From positions 1 to 47,804 of the forward strand of contig JBBQPO010000013.1 in NCBI GenBank assembly GCA_038217285.1: DNA of 47,804 bases, given 5' to 3'. Under the pieces are notes generated by a model. That model ran no database searches. It was not told the DNA's origin and saw nothing but the letters and a program-made list of their open reading frames with translations. The position numbers and the translations under genes are program-made. The DNA is from Chthonomonadales bacterium. Lineage in GTDB: Bacteria > Armatimonadota > Chthonomonadetes > Chthonomonadales > Chthonomonadaceae. This document shows, in pieces, positions 7,279-16,098 of this stretch (positions within the stretch are counted from its first letter, which is position 1; every line of letters begins with the position of its first letter).

Positions 7279-9591
7279 TTAGCGACGGGGACGGAAGCGG
7301 GCTTTGGGAGTCTCGTCCTCTTCCGGCTCGTCCGGCGCGGCCTGGGGAGCGGGAGCATCAGGGCGAGGCCCACGATCCCGGTCGCCGCCGCCGAAGCGGG
7401 GAGGCCCACCACGATCCCGACCGCCGCGATCTCCGCCACGGTCACCACCGCCACTGAAGCGAGGTGGACCGCCGCCACGACCGTCGTCGGGTCGCTTGGA
7501 CATGGAGGCGTCGAACGGCTGGTCGAGGTTGATCGCCGAGAGGTTGATACGACCCTGCTGATCTACTTCGATGACGCGCACCTTGATCTCATCGCCGACC
7601 TTGACCGCCTCTTCGGGGCGGCGCACCGGCGGGTTCTTGAGGTGGCTCACGTGAACCATTCCCTCTTTACCGGGCATGATCTCCACGAACGCGCCCATGC
7701 CGATGAGGCGGGTCACCTTGCCGGTGAATAGCGAGCCCACTTCGACATCGCCCACCATCCCGAGGATGATATCGGCGGCACGACGGCCTGCGGACTGATC
7801 GACTGCAGCGATGAAGATCTTGCCGTCCTGCTGAATGTCGATCTGCGCGCCGGTATCGGCGGTGATCTGCTTGATCGTCTTGCCGCCGGGGCCGATGATC
7901 AGGCCGATGCGCTCCGGATTGATCTCGATGCTGAAGATCGACGGCGCGAACTTGCTGAGCGTCTCACGCGGTTCGGCCAGCGCTTCCGCGATCTTGCCGA
8001 GGATATGGAGGCGGCCCACACGGGCCTGCTCCAGCGCCCGCACCATGACTTCGCGGGGCAGTCCCTGGATCTTGGTGTCCATCTGGATCGCCGTGATACC
8101 TTCGGTCGTTCCGGCCACCTTGAAGTCCATGTCTCCAGAGAAGTCTTCCATGCCCTGAATGTCGGTGAGGACGGCGTACTTATCGCCGATCGTCATCAGG
8201 CCCATGGCGATTCCGGCAACGGGCGCTTTGATCTTGACGCCCGCGTCCATCAGCGCCAGCGTGGAGCCGCAGACGGAGGCCATCGAGGTCGAGCCGTTGC
8301 TCTCCAGGACTTCGCTATGGAGCAGCATGGCGTAAGGGAAGTCCTCCAGCGGGGGCAGAACCGGGACCAGCGCACGCTGCGCCAGTGCGCCATGACCGAT
8401 TTCGCGCCGACCGGGGCCGCGCATCGGGCGCACTTCGCCGACCGAATAGGGCGGGAAGTTGTAGAAGTGCATATACTGCTGTCGCTGATCCATCTCCAGG
8501 TTGTCCACGACCTGCGCTTCGCTCATCGCGCCGAGGGTCAGGCAGGTGAGCACCTGGGTCTGTCCGCGGGTGAAGAGGCCGGTACCGTGTACACGGGGCA
8601 GCAGGCCGACTTCGCAGGTGATCTGGCGAATCTCGTCCAGTTTGCGGCCGTCGGGCCGAATGCTGTCCTCGATGATCAGGCTGCGGATCGCCTTCTTGAC
8701 GGCCTTGTCGGCGGCTTCGGGAATCTCGTGGGCGTTCTCGGGGAACTCCGGTTTGAAGCGAGCGACGATCTCACGCTTGAGGTCGTCGATCGCGCTCTCG
8801 CGGGCCGCTTTGTCGGGGTTCTGAATGGAAGCGCGGATCTCGGCGCCCATTTTGTCCTGGATCGCCTTCAGGATGTCGGCGTTCGGCAGGAACCTCGATA
8901 TCTCGCCTTTCGGCTTGCCGGCCAGCGCCTTCAACTCTTCCTGCAGTTCGCACTGTCCCTTGATGATCTCGTGGGCGGCGTCCATGGCGGCGAGCATGTC
9001 GGTTTCGGTCACGAAATCGCAGCCCGCTTCGACCATGATGATTGCCTTATGCGTACCGGCCACGACCAGATCAAGGTCGGACTCGCCGATCTGCTCCTGG
9101 GAGGGATTGATGATCAGTTCGCCATTGACGCGTCCGACGCGGACGGCTCCCACGGGGCCTTCCCACGGAATATCGGAGACACAGAGCGCGGCAGAGGCGG
9201 CGACGATGGCGAAGGTGTCGGAAAGGTTATCGAGGTCGAGCGAGAGGGGCATCGACATGACCTGCACGTCGTTGCGCATCCCCTCGGGGAAGAGTGGGCG
9301 CAGGGGCCGGTCGATGAGACGGGAGGTGAGCACGGCCTTTTCTGAGGGTCGGCCTCCGCGCTTCATAAAGCCGCCGGGAATCTTACCGACCGCGTACTTT
9401 CTCTCTTCGTAGTCGCAGGTCAGTGGAAAGAAATCGATGCCGGTGCGGGGTTCTCGGCTCATGGTAGCGGTCGCCATCACGACGGTATCGCCTACGGTAA
9501 GCCAGACGGCTCCTCCGGCCTGTTTCGCGATTTTGCCTGTTTCCAGACGCAAGGTCTTTCCAGCCAGTTCGCGTTCAACGGATTGTGACAA
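7279..9591 (-). CDS. pnp: Polyribonucleotide nucleotidyltransferase (PNPase)
   Basis: DFFPLTCDYEE, GKIPGGF, RREIGHGALA, SNGSTSMASVCG, GDMDFKVAGT; KH and S1 domains; TTG start with AGGAG SD; downstream of rpsO. Confidence 0.98.
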   Translation of the reverse strand: MSQSVERELAGKTLRLETGKIAKQAGGAVWLTVGDTVVMATATMSREPRTGIDFFPLTCDYEERKYAVGKIPGGFMKRGGRPSEKAVLTSRLIDRPLRPLFPEGMRNDVQVMSMPLSLDLDNLSDTFAIVAASAALCVSDIPWEGPVGAVRVGRVNGELIINPSQEQIGESDLDLVVAGTHKAIIMVEAGCDFVTETDMLAAMDAAHEIIKGQCELQEELKALAGKPKGEISRFLPNADILKAIQDKMGAEIRASIQNPDKAARESAIDDLKREIVARFKPEFPENAHEIPEAADKAVKKAIRSLIIEDSIRPDGRKLDEIRQITCEVGLLPRVHGTGLFTRGQTQVLTCLTLGAMSEAQVVDNLEMDQRQQYMHFYNFPPYSVGEVRPMRGPGRREIGHGALAQRALVPVLPPLEDFPYAMLLHSEVLESNGSTSMASVCGSTLALMDAGVKIKAPVAGIAMGLMTIGDKYAVLTDIQGMEDFSGDMDFKVAGTTEGITAIQMDTKIQGLPREVMVRALEQARVGRLHILGKIAEALAEPRETLSKFAPSIFSIEINPERIGLIIGPGGKTIKQITADTGAQIDIQQDGKIFIAAVDQSAGRRAADIILGMVGDVEVGSLFTGKVTRLIGMGAFVEIMPGKEGMVHVSHLKNPPVRRPEEAVKVGDEIKVRVIEVDQQGRINLSAINLDQPFDASMSKRPDDGRGGGPPRFSGGGDRGGDRGGRDRGGPPRFGGGDRDRGPRPDAPAPQAAPDEPEEDETPKARFRPRR

Positions 9592-9918
9592 GTTGATCTC
9601 CTGAATTCGGTGGTTGCGCCGCCCGCCCGCTCCTCGGAATAGACCCCTGCGGGGAAGACGAACGAAACCGTCTTCGTGGGCGGGCGCGTATTCGTGCAGT
9701 GAGCCGGGATAAACGGCAGATGTGCAGAAGCAGTCGGCAGGCCGAAGGGGTGTGGGAGTGTTGATGGGAAGAAGAGGGGTCAGGGGAAACGGACGGTGAG
9801 ATCCGCTTACCCTGAACCCTGAAACCTTCTGATGTCAACACGCCGTTGCTTCGGTTCAAGCCGACTGCCGGACGACAATGTGTCGTCGTGGTCGAGTGAA
9901 GTGGGACAATCGAGACGT

Positions 9919-10194
9919 CTAGATTTTGCTGCGGATGTTCAGTCGTCCGACGAGCGTACGATAACGCTCGATGTCCGTTTTGACGAGGTAAGCGAGCATT
10001 CGCTTGCGACGACCGACCATCATATAGAGTCCACGTCGGGAGTGGTGGTCGTGTTTGTGTTCGCGAAGGTGCTCGGTCAGCTGATTGATGCGCGTCGTCA
10101 GCAGTGCGACTTGCACCTCAGGCGACCCCGTGTCACCCTCATGGGTGGCATTCTCAACGATGACATTCAGTTTTAGTTCGGTCTTAAGCGGCAC
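9919..10194 (-). CDS. rpsO: 30S ribosomal protein S15
   Basis: [36 protein letters not shown] signature; GTG start at 10194 after AAGGAGG (91 aa); conserved rpsO-pnp synteny. Confidence 0.97.
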   Translation of the reverse strand: MPLKTELKLNVIVENATHEGDTGSPEVQVALLTTRINQLTEHLREHKHDHHSRRGLYMMVGRRKRMLAYLVKTDIERYRTLVGRLNIRSKI

Positions 10195-10229
10195 TGCCGG
10201 AAATCCCTCCTTCAAGCCAGTTCGGCAAT

Positions 10230-10258
10230 AATATAGCACAGATAAGGCAAAAAGTCAA
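10230..10258 (-). promoter_or_regulatory. Sigma70-type promoter of rpsO-pnp
   Basis: Minus strand TTGACT-17 nt-TATATT with TG extension, ~35 nt upstream of the rpsO start. Confidence 0.7.
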
Positions 10259-10263
10259 TGTCG

Positions 10264-10292
10264 TTGACACGCAGGCGGTTGCCGGTTATAAT
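10264..10292 (+). promoter_or_regulatory. Consensus sigma70 promoter for the glycosyltransferase cluster
   Basis: Exact TTGACA (10264-10269)-17 nt-TATAAT (10287-10292). Confidence 0.85.
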
Positions 10293-10299
10293 GGTTTGT

Positions 10300-11232
10300 G
10301 TGAACTCTCCTACCCCGCAATCCACGCCTTTTGCGCCTGTCTCCGCCTCGCCGCAGGCGGACCTCCTTCCTCTTCATGGCCTGGTATTGTCCGTCGCCAT
10401 CGTCAACTGGAACACCCGGCAGATGCTCCTGGACGCTCTCGATAGCCTCTACGCCGCCCCTCCCGCATTCCCCTTCGAAGTCATCGTCGTGGACAACGCT
10501 TCGAAGGATGACAGCGCCGCCGCAGTCTCCGGACGCTTCCCGCAGGTCGTTCTGATCGCCAATACGGACAATACCGGTTATGCCGAAGGCAACAATCAGG
10601 CGATAAAAGCCGCGCAGGCTGCGTATATACTGCTGTTGAACCCCGATGTGCTGCTGCCCGCAGGCGGACTGGAGCGGGCTATCGGGTTTATGGAAGCACA
10701 CGCCGACGCCGGCGCGCTCGGTGTACGACAGGTGCATCCGGATGGCAAACTGCAGCGCTCCGTGCGCGGTTTCCCGACGCCGACGACAGTCCTGTGGGAG
10801 CTGCTCGGCCTCAGCCGGCTTTTTCCAAACAGTCCACGGTTCGGAGCCTACCGCATGACCTGGTTCGACTATACGCATGTCGCGGAAGTCGATCAGCCGA
10901 TGGGCACCTTTCTCTTGATGCGCCGCACCGTCGTGGAGCAGATCGGGATGCTGGATGAGACATTTCCGATCTTCTTCAATGAGGTAGACTGGTGCCTTCG
11001 CTGCAAGCGGGCAGGCTGGCGCATCTATTTCACTCCCGACGTCGAGATCGTACATTATGGGGGCGCGAGCACCACGCAGGTGGGCGCGGCGATGGCGTGG
11101 GAGTCGCGGCGCGGCCTGCTGCGGTTCTACGCCAAACACTACCCTGCCCTCCGTTTCCGGCCGCTGCGCGTACTGATCGCCCTGGCCTCTTGGCCTCATG
11201 CCTGGCTCCAGGCGCGCAAGCGGGTTACCTAA
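10300..11232 (+). CDS. Glycosyltransferase family 2 (WbbL/GT2-like)
   Basis: LSVAIVNWN, VIVVDNASKD, GYAEGNNQA, LLLNPD, FFNEVDWC. Start placed at in-frame GTG 10300 at the predicted transcription start; exact start uncertain. Confidence 0.9.
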   Translation: MNSPTPQSTPFAPVSASPQADLLPLHGLVLSVAIVNWNTRQMLLDALDSLYAAPPAFPFEVIVVDNASKDDSAAAVSGRFPQVVLIANTDNTGYAEGNNQAIKAAQAAYILLLNPDVLLPAGGLERAIGFMEAHADAGALGVRQVHPDGKLQRSVRGFPTPTTVLWELLGLSRLFPNSPRFGAYRMTWFDYTHVAEVDQPMGTFLLMRRTVVEQIGMLDETFPIFFNEVDWCLRCKRAGWRIYFTPDVEIVHYGGASTTQVGAAMAWESRRGLLRFYAKHYPALRFRPLRVLIALASWPHAWLQARKRVT

Positions 11233-11266
11233 CCCCCCGGCCCCCTATCCCGAGACGGGAAGGGGG
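11233..11266. repeat. REP-like GC-rich palindrome between the two GT2 genes
   Basis: CCCCCT-A-TCCCG-AGA-CGGGA-AGGGGG hairpin right after the stop codon; similar core at 47721-47736. Confidence 0.5.
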
Positions 11267-11350
11267 TGCCCGAACAAGGAACGATCTTGTTACGTTCGGA
11301 TGAGTTTTGTTATCGACGGGATTAAACGGCTGGAGTGGATGGGAGAGCGT

Positions 11351-12313
11351 GTGGACTTATCGGTCATCATCTTAAACTGGAATACGCAGGATCTGCTGGA
11401 GAAATGCCTGCGGTCGCTGGAGTGTCCGCAGCCGGGTCTTGCCTTCGAGGTGATCGTGGTGGATAACGCCAGTGAGGACCGGAGTCGGGAGATGGTCGTC
11501 GAGCTCTTCCCGGAGGTGCGGCTGCTCGGCAATCCCATGAACATCGGATTCGGCGCGGGCAACAACACCGCCCTCCCTCAGGCCATGGGCCGTTATGTGC
11601 TCTTCCTCAACTCCGACACGGTGGTGCTGGAGGGGGCGTTGGCTGCGCTCGTAGGCTATGCCGACGCCCACCCCGACATCGGCATCCTCGGCCCAAAACT
11701 GCTCAATGCCGACGGCTCGCTGCAGTACTCGTGCCGCCGCTATCCCAATCTCGGCACCGGATTCTTCCGCAATACGCCGCTCGGCAGACTCTTTCCGAAC
11801 AATCGCTTCAACACCGACTACTTGATGACCGACTGGGACCACGCCACCCCGCGCGAAGTCGAATGGGTCTCGGGCGCCGCCCTGATGATGCGCCGCAGTC
11901 TGCTCGATGAGATCGGCAGTTTCGACGAGGCGTTCTATATGTACTGCGAAGATGTGGATCTGTGCTGGCGCGTCAACCATGCGCCACGGGGCGAAGGCGC
12001 CTGCTGGCGCGTGGCCTACTATCCCGAAGCCGTCATTTATCATCTTATCGGCAAGAGTTCGGACAAGGTGCCCACCCGTATGACCTACGAGTTTCACCGC
12101 AGTCAGTTTCTGTTCTATAAGAAGCACTATCGCGCGACGACCCCCTGGCCGGTCCGACCGTTGATTCCGATAGGCATTGGCCTCCGGGCCGTCGGGCAGA
12201 TGATTCGCTACCGCGCGCGCTACTGGCAAAGGCGTCTCACCGGTCAAGAAGCGTCTCGAAAACGCTCATCGAAATCCAAACTGCCTCCCAATGCCCCTGA
12301 AGGACGACCATGA
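11351..12313 (+). CDS. Glycosyltransferase family 2 (WbbL/GT2-like)
   Basis: LSVIILNWN, VIVVDNASED, GFGAGNN, LFLNSD, MYCEDVDLC. GTG 11351 has a GGAG SD at 5 nt (ATG 11339 is an alternative). Confidence 0.9.
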   Translation: MDLSVIILNWNTQDLLEKCLRSLECPQPGLAFEVIVVDNASEDRSREMVVELFPEVRLLGNPMNIGFGAGNNTALPQAMGRYVLFLNSDTVVLEGALAALVGYADAHPDIGILGPKLLNADGSLQYSCRRYPNLGTGFFRNTPLGRLFPNNRFNTDYLMTDWDHATPREVEWVSGAALMMRRSLLDEIGSFDEAFYMYCEDVDLCWRVNHAPRGEGACWRVAYYPEAVIYHLIGKSSDKVPTRMTYEFHRSQFLFYKKHYRATTPWPVRPLIPIGIGLRAVGQMIRYRARYWQRRLTGQEASRKRSSKSKLPPNAPEGRP

Positions 12314-14640
12314 GTCAGATCGAAAAGCCACATTTCTCCACACCGGAAGCCAACAACGGATTTCACCCTCCAGATTCGGAGACACGCAGCCGAAATCCCC
12401 GGGCGTTGAATCGTCTGGACTGGATCGCGCTGAGTCTGGTCGCAGCCGCCATCGTGTCTGCGCCGATCTGGGCCGGTACGTTCACAAATATGCCGCAGTC
12501 CGGCCTCTACCCCACCGGCAACCCGTTCAGCTTTATGGGCTCCGCCGGAATGCCGATCACACTGGCGCTGGTGGCGCTGGCGGCGGTCCTGACGGCCTGG
12601 CGGGAGTGGAAGCGTCCGGTCGCCATCGGGGCCGTGCCGGGTCTGGCGGGAGCCTGCGTTCTGATGGGCGGCTGGGCGACCCTGTCGCTGAGTCGGGGAT
12701 TCACGCCTGCCCCCAGCCTGAATGCGCTGGCGATGGTGTTCTGCGCTCTCCTGATCGGCGGGCTGGTTTCGCGACTGGCGCGGGACCGCAACGGCCTGTT
12801 CGCGCTGCTCGGAGCCGTGCTGATCGCCGGAACGCTGGTCGCCACGTTCGGCCTGCGAGAGTACATCGAGTTCTACAAGCCGCCGCACAACGATTTCGCC
12901 CATCGTACCTTCTCCAGCTTCGCCAATCCGGACTTTCTGGCGGGCTACCTGATGCTGGTGCTGCCGGTGACACTCGCGGCATTCGTTTCGGTACGCGAGC
13001 GCATGCTGCGCCTGCTGCTCGGACTCGGATTGGCGTTCCAGAGCGCCTGCCTGCTCTTGACGGGTTCCCGCTCCGGCGTGGCGATGCTTCTGGCCGCACT
13101 GGTCGCCTGGCTGGCCTTCGTCGCCTTTGCGGGCGGACTGCGCCGACAGGGGCGCGCGATCGCGACCGGGTTGGCGGTCTTCGTCGTGGGAGCCTTGCTC
13201 GGACTCGCACCGACCCTCGCGCGATTTCAGGGCCACGTCAACGTCAAGGACAAACAGACAGGGCAGATCTCGAAAGTGAGCGTCGTCGAGGCGCAGGGCC
13301 ACTCCGGTCAGTTCCGTCGCTCGACCTGGGACGGTACGGTCCATATGGCGCTCGCCAACCCCCTGTTAGGAACCGGCGTCGGGACGTATGATGTCGCCTA
13401 CCCGCGCTATGCTGAGACCGCCTTCACGCTGCACGCCCACAACGGCTACCTTCAGTGGCTGGCGGAGACAGGTCTGCCGGGCGGATTTTTCCTGCTCGCC
13501 GTGCTCGCCGCCTCGACCGCCTTCGCCACGCATACCCTCCGCCTGCAGCGCCTGCGCTCGGCAGAGGATGTTGCGGAGGAGGCTGCCGACAACGCCCTCT
13601 TCGGCGATCCCACCGTACTACTGGCCGGCTTGCTGGCGGGCGTGCTGGCAGCGCTGCTGCACAACCTTTTCGATTCGGACTTCTACCTGGTCGGCACCGT
13701 CGTCAACTTCGCCGCCGTTGTCGGCCTGATGGTCGGGTTGGCCCGCGATCTCGCCCCCCTGGGCACGCAGAGGCCGCGCCCTCTCGGCCGTGAGATGCTC
13801 GGGTTCACGGTTATCGTCGCTGTGTTCCTGTTGTGGCGCAGTTCGGCCGCGCTGTCGGTGCGAACCAATATCGCGACAGGCGAGGAGGCGGAGATGGCGG
13901 AGAAGGCGGACACCGCTGCAGAAGCCTACCGCGCCGCCGCCGCCGCCGATCCGCTGGACGGAGATCCGCCGCTCTATATGGCCCTGCTGCAGCAGAGACT
14001 CCATCGCCCGGACGACGCGCTCATCGCCCTCCAGACCGCGGTCCATACCTCCCCTACCGGCAAGGCGCTCTATCGGCTGGGTCAGCTCTATGCCGTCACC
14101 GGCGATACCGCCAGCGCCGTCACCGTGCTGGAGCGCGCCCGGCAGCGCGAGCCACGTAACCCTCAAATGCTGCGCGCCCTGGCGAAAGCGCTGCAGAGCG
14201 CCGGTAAGACCGGCCAGGCCACCGCGGTCTATCGGCAGATCACGGCTCTGGAAACGATGCCCTACGGAACGGTACGCGCCATGCCGGAGCTGGTCGAGAC
14301 AGATTTCGCCTACGCGCATGCCGCGCTGGGCGACATCGCCGCCGATGCCGGTCAGTGGAAAGAGGCGGCGGCGGAATACGCAGGCGCGGACCGGGTGCTG
14401 ACCGAGTACTGGGAAAAGCGCAACCTGGATGTCAACAGCAGTCGCTCCCCGGAGAAGAGGGCCGATCTGCTGCGTCTCTACGATTCGGTCTACACACGGT
14501 GGCAGGAAGCCTGCACCCATCTCGATCAACGGGATCAAGCCGCCGCGATAGCCGCACGGCAAGCCAAATTCCGTGCCGAGCGAGAGGCAGACCAGGCCGA
14601 AGCCGACCACGCCGCACTTCCACCCGTCCCGACGCCATGA
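12310..14640 (+). CDS. O-antigen ligase/O-oligosaccharyltransferase-family membrane protein with C-terminal TPR domain
   Basis: About 12 TM segments; FANPDFLAGYL, LLTGSRSG, PLLGTGVG, HAHNGYLQWLAETGLPG (Wzy_C motifs); TPR-like helices afterwards; ATGA overlap with the upstream gene. Confidence 0.88.
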   Translation: MSQIEKPHFSTPEANNGFHPPDSETRSRNPRALNRLDWIALSLVAAAIVSAPIWAGTFTNMPQSGLYPTGNPFSFMGSAGMPITLALVALAAVLTAWREWKRPVAIGAVPGLAGACVLMGGWATLSLSRGFTPAPSLNALAMVFCALLIGGLVSRLARDRNGLFALLGAVLIAGTLVATFGLREYIEFYKPPHNDFAHRTFSSFANPDFLAGYLMLVLPVTLAAFVSVRERMLRLLLGLGLAFQSACLLLTGSRSGVAMLLAALVAWLAFVAFAGGLRRQGRAIATGLAVFVVGALLGLAPTLARFQGHVNVKDKQTGQISKVSVVEAQGHSGQFRRSTWDGTVHMALANPLLGTGVGTYDVAYPRYAETAFTLHAHNGYLQWLAETGLPGGFFLLAVLAASTAFATHTLRLQRLRSAEDVAEEAADNALFGDPTVLLAGLLAGVLAALLHNLFDSDFYLVGTVVNFAAVVGLMVGLARDLAPLGTQRPRPLGREMLGFTVIVAVFLLWRSSAALSVRTNIATGEEAEMAEKADTAAEAYRAAAAADPLDGDPPLYMALLQQRLHRPDDALIALQTAVHTSPTGKALYRLGQLYAVTGDTASAVTVLERARQREPRNPQMLRALAKALQSAGKTGQATAVYRQITALETMPYGTVRAMPELVETDFAYAHAALGDIAADAGQWKEAAAEYAGADRVLTEYWEKRNLDVNSSRSPEKRADLLRLYDSVYTRWQEACTHLDQRDQAAAIAARQAKFRAEREADQAEADHAALPPVPTP

Positions 14641-15395
14641 TCGAGACGACCGAACATACTGTCGCCGTGCCGCACCTGCCGACGGCGCTTCAGGGCCTGC
14701 GCGTGGTCCATCTGACCGATTTCCATCGCAGCCGCCATACCTCCGACCTTTTGCTGCAGTCGGCGGTCGAGGCTGCCAACGCCGCGCACCCCGACCTGAT
14801 TCTGCTGACAGGCGACTTTGTGACGAAAGATCCCCGCGATATCGCGCCTTGCGCACGTATCCTTGCTCCGCTCCGCGCCCGACTCGGGGTCTACGCGATC
14901 CTGGGCAATCACGACTACGCCACGGACGGCCCTGCCGTAGAAAAACAGCTTATTGAGCTTGGCTTCACCGTTCTGCTCAATCGGAGTGTTCTGCTCCCGA
15001 ACGGCCTGCGAATCGTCGGTCTGGACGACGACCGATTTCACCGCACCGACGTCCCCAAAGCCTTCCACGACGTCGCCCCCGACGACCCGACCCTGGTAAT
15101 GGCGCACAATCCGGCCCTGATCGAGAGGCTGGCGGAGCGGGAGTGTATCGTCTTTTCCGGGCATACGCATGGAGGGCAGGTGCGCCTCCCGCTGCTGACC
15201 GAACGGGAGATTCGACGCATCGGGGCGAAACACTATGCGCGGGGCTGGTACACGGTCGGGAAGGCGAGGATCTATGTCAACCGAGGATTGGGCCGCGTCG
15301 GGATTCCCCTGCGGCTCTTCTGCCGCCCGGAGCTCGCCCTCTTCACGCTGACTACGGATTCGCCCGACCAGAGAGGCGTTCCTGCAGCGCGATGA
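14637..15395 (+). CDS. Metallophosphoesterase (calcineurin-like, YkuE type)
   Basis: DFH, GDFV, GNHD, GHTHGGQ, VNRGLG motifs; ATG 14637 overlaps the upstream stop (ATGA). Confidence 0.92.
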   Translation: MIETTEHTVAVPHLPTALQGLRVVHLTDFHRSRHTSDLLLQSAVEAANAAHPDLILLTGDFVTKDPRDIAPCARILAPLRARLGVYAILGNHDYATDGPAVEKQLIELGFTVLLNRSVLLPNGLRIVGLDDDRFHRTDVPKAFHDVAPDDPTLVMAHNPALIERLAERECIVFSGHTHGGQVRLPLLTEREIRRIGAKHYARGWYTVGKARIYVNRGLGRVGIPLRLFCRPELALFTLTTDSPDQRGVPAAR

Positions 15396-15397
15396 AA

Positions 15398-15802
15398 TTA
15401 GCCGCTCTCGAACGCGTCGAGCGCCTGTCGGATCCGATGCAGCAGGGTCAGTCGATCAATAGGCTTGAGTATGTAGCCGCGCGCGCCGATCTCCACGGCC
15501 TGGGCCGCGTAGTCCGTATAGGCCGTCAGCATGAGAATGCAGGTTCGGTACTCCGCCAGGATGCGTCGGGCAGCTTCCAGCCCGTTATAAGCGCCGGGCA
15601 TGTTGATATCCATGAGGATGATATCCGGCCTTTCTTGAAGGGCCAATGCGACGCCCTGTGGACCGCTGGTGGCCATCCCGACCTGCATCATTCCTGCCGA
15701 TTTGAGGATCTTCCCTAACTGCAACTGCGTGATGCCCTCATCCTCGACCGTAAGAACGCGCTTGCCCGCAAGCGCGTCTGTCTGTGGCTCTGATTCTGCC
15801 AT
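15398..15802 (-). CDS. Single-domain response regulator (CheY-like receiver)
   Basis: VEDE, MDINMP phospho-acceptor, LTAY, YILKP. Confidence 0.92.
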   Translation of the reverse strand: MAESEPQTDALAGKRVLTVEDEGITQLQLGKILKSAGMMQVGMATSGPQGVALALQERPDIILMDINMPGAYNGLEAARRILAEYRTCILMLTAYTDYAAQAVEIGARGYILKPIDRLTLLHRIRQALDAFESG

Positions 15803-15808
15803 AATCCG

Positions 15809-16075
15809 CTACTCTTCCCCGCCCATGCGCAGTGTACTTGGAATCGGAAATTCGACGACGACCTGCGCGCCACCTCCTACTTGATTCTCAAAACGCGCCT
15901 CGCCCTGCAGATCGAGCCGCGTCAATGCCTGCACCAGTTCCAGCCCCGTATTGGCGGCGGTCACCGCGTCGAATGACTCCGGAAATCCAGGTCCCTGGTC
16001 CCGTACTTCGAGCACGGCCCTGCCGTCTGTTGATTGGCAAAAAGGAATCGCCCCTCGCGATCCAGCACATACTCG
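15809..16075 (-). pseudogene. Remnant of a PAS-containing sensor histidine kinase
   Basis: HATPase C-terminal part (LEVRDQGPGFP...TGLELVQAL...GGGAQVVVEFP) with no N-box or H-box; an out-of-frame PAS-like start YVLDREGRFLFANQQ lies at ~16027-16071. Confidence 0.65.
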
Positions 16076-16098
16076 TGCCGGATCGTGCGTCGCCAAAT

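Noticed and set aside
10195-10229. S15 autoregulatory leader RNA
   Set aside because: The predicted 5' UTR is only about 30 nt and shows no convincing structure.
14355-14636. N-terminal extensions in the ORF track (also 11198, 25425, 29291, 6997)
   Set aside because: They overlap neighbouring genes or lie upstream of better SD/overlap-supported starts.
15809-16096. Intact 95-aa protein or anti-sigma kinase
   Set aside because: No N-box, no SD and an implausible N-terminus; better explained as a kinase remnant.
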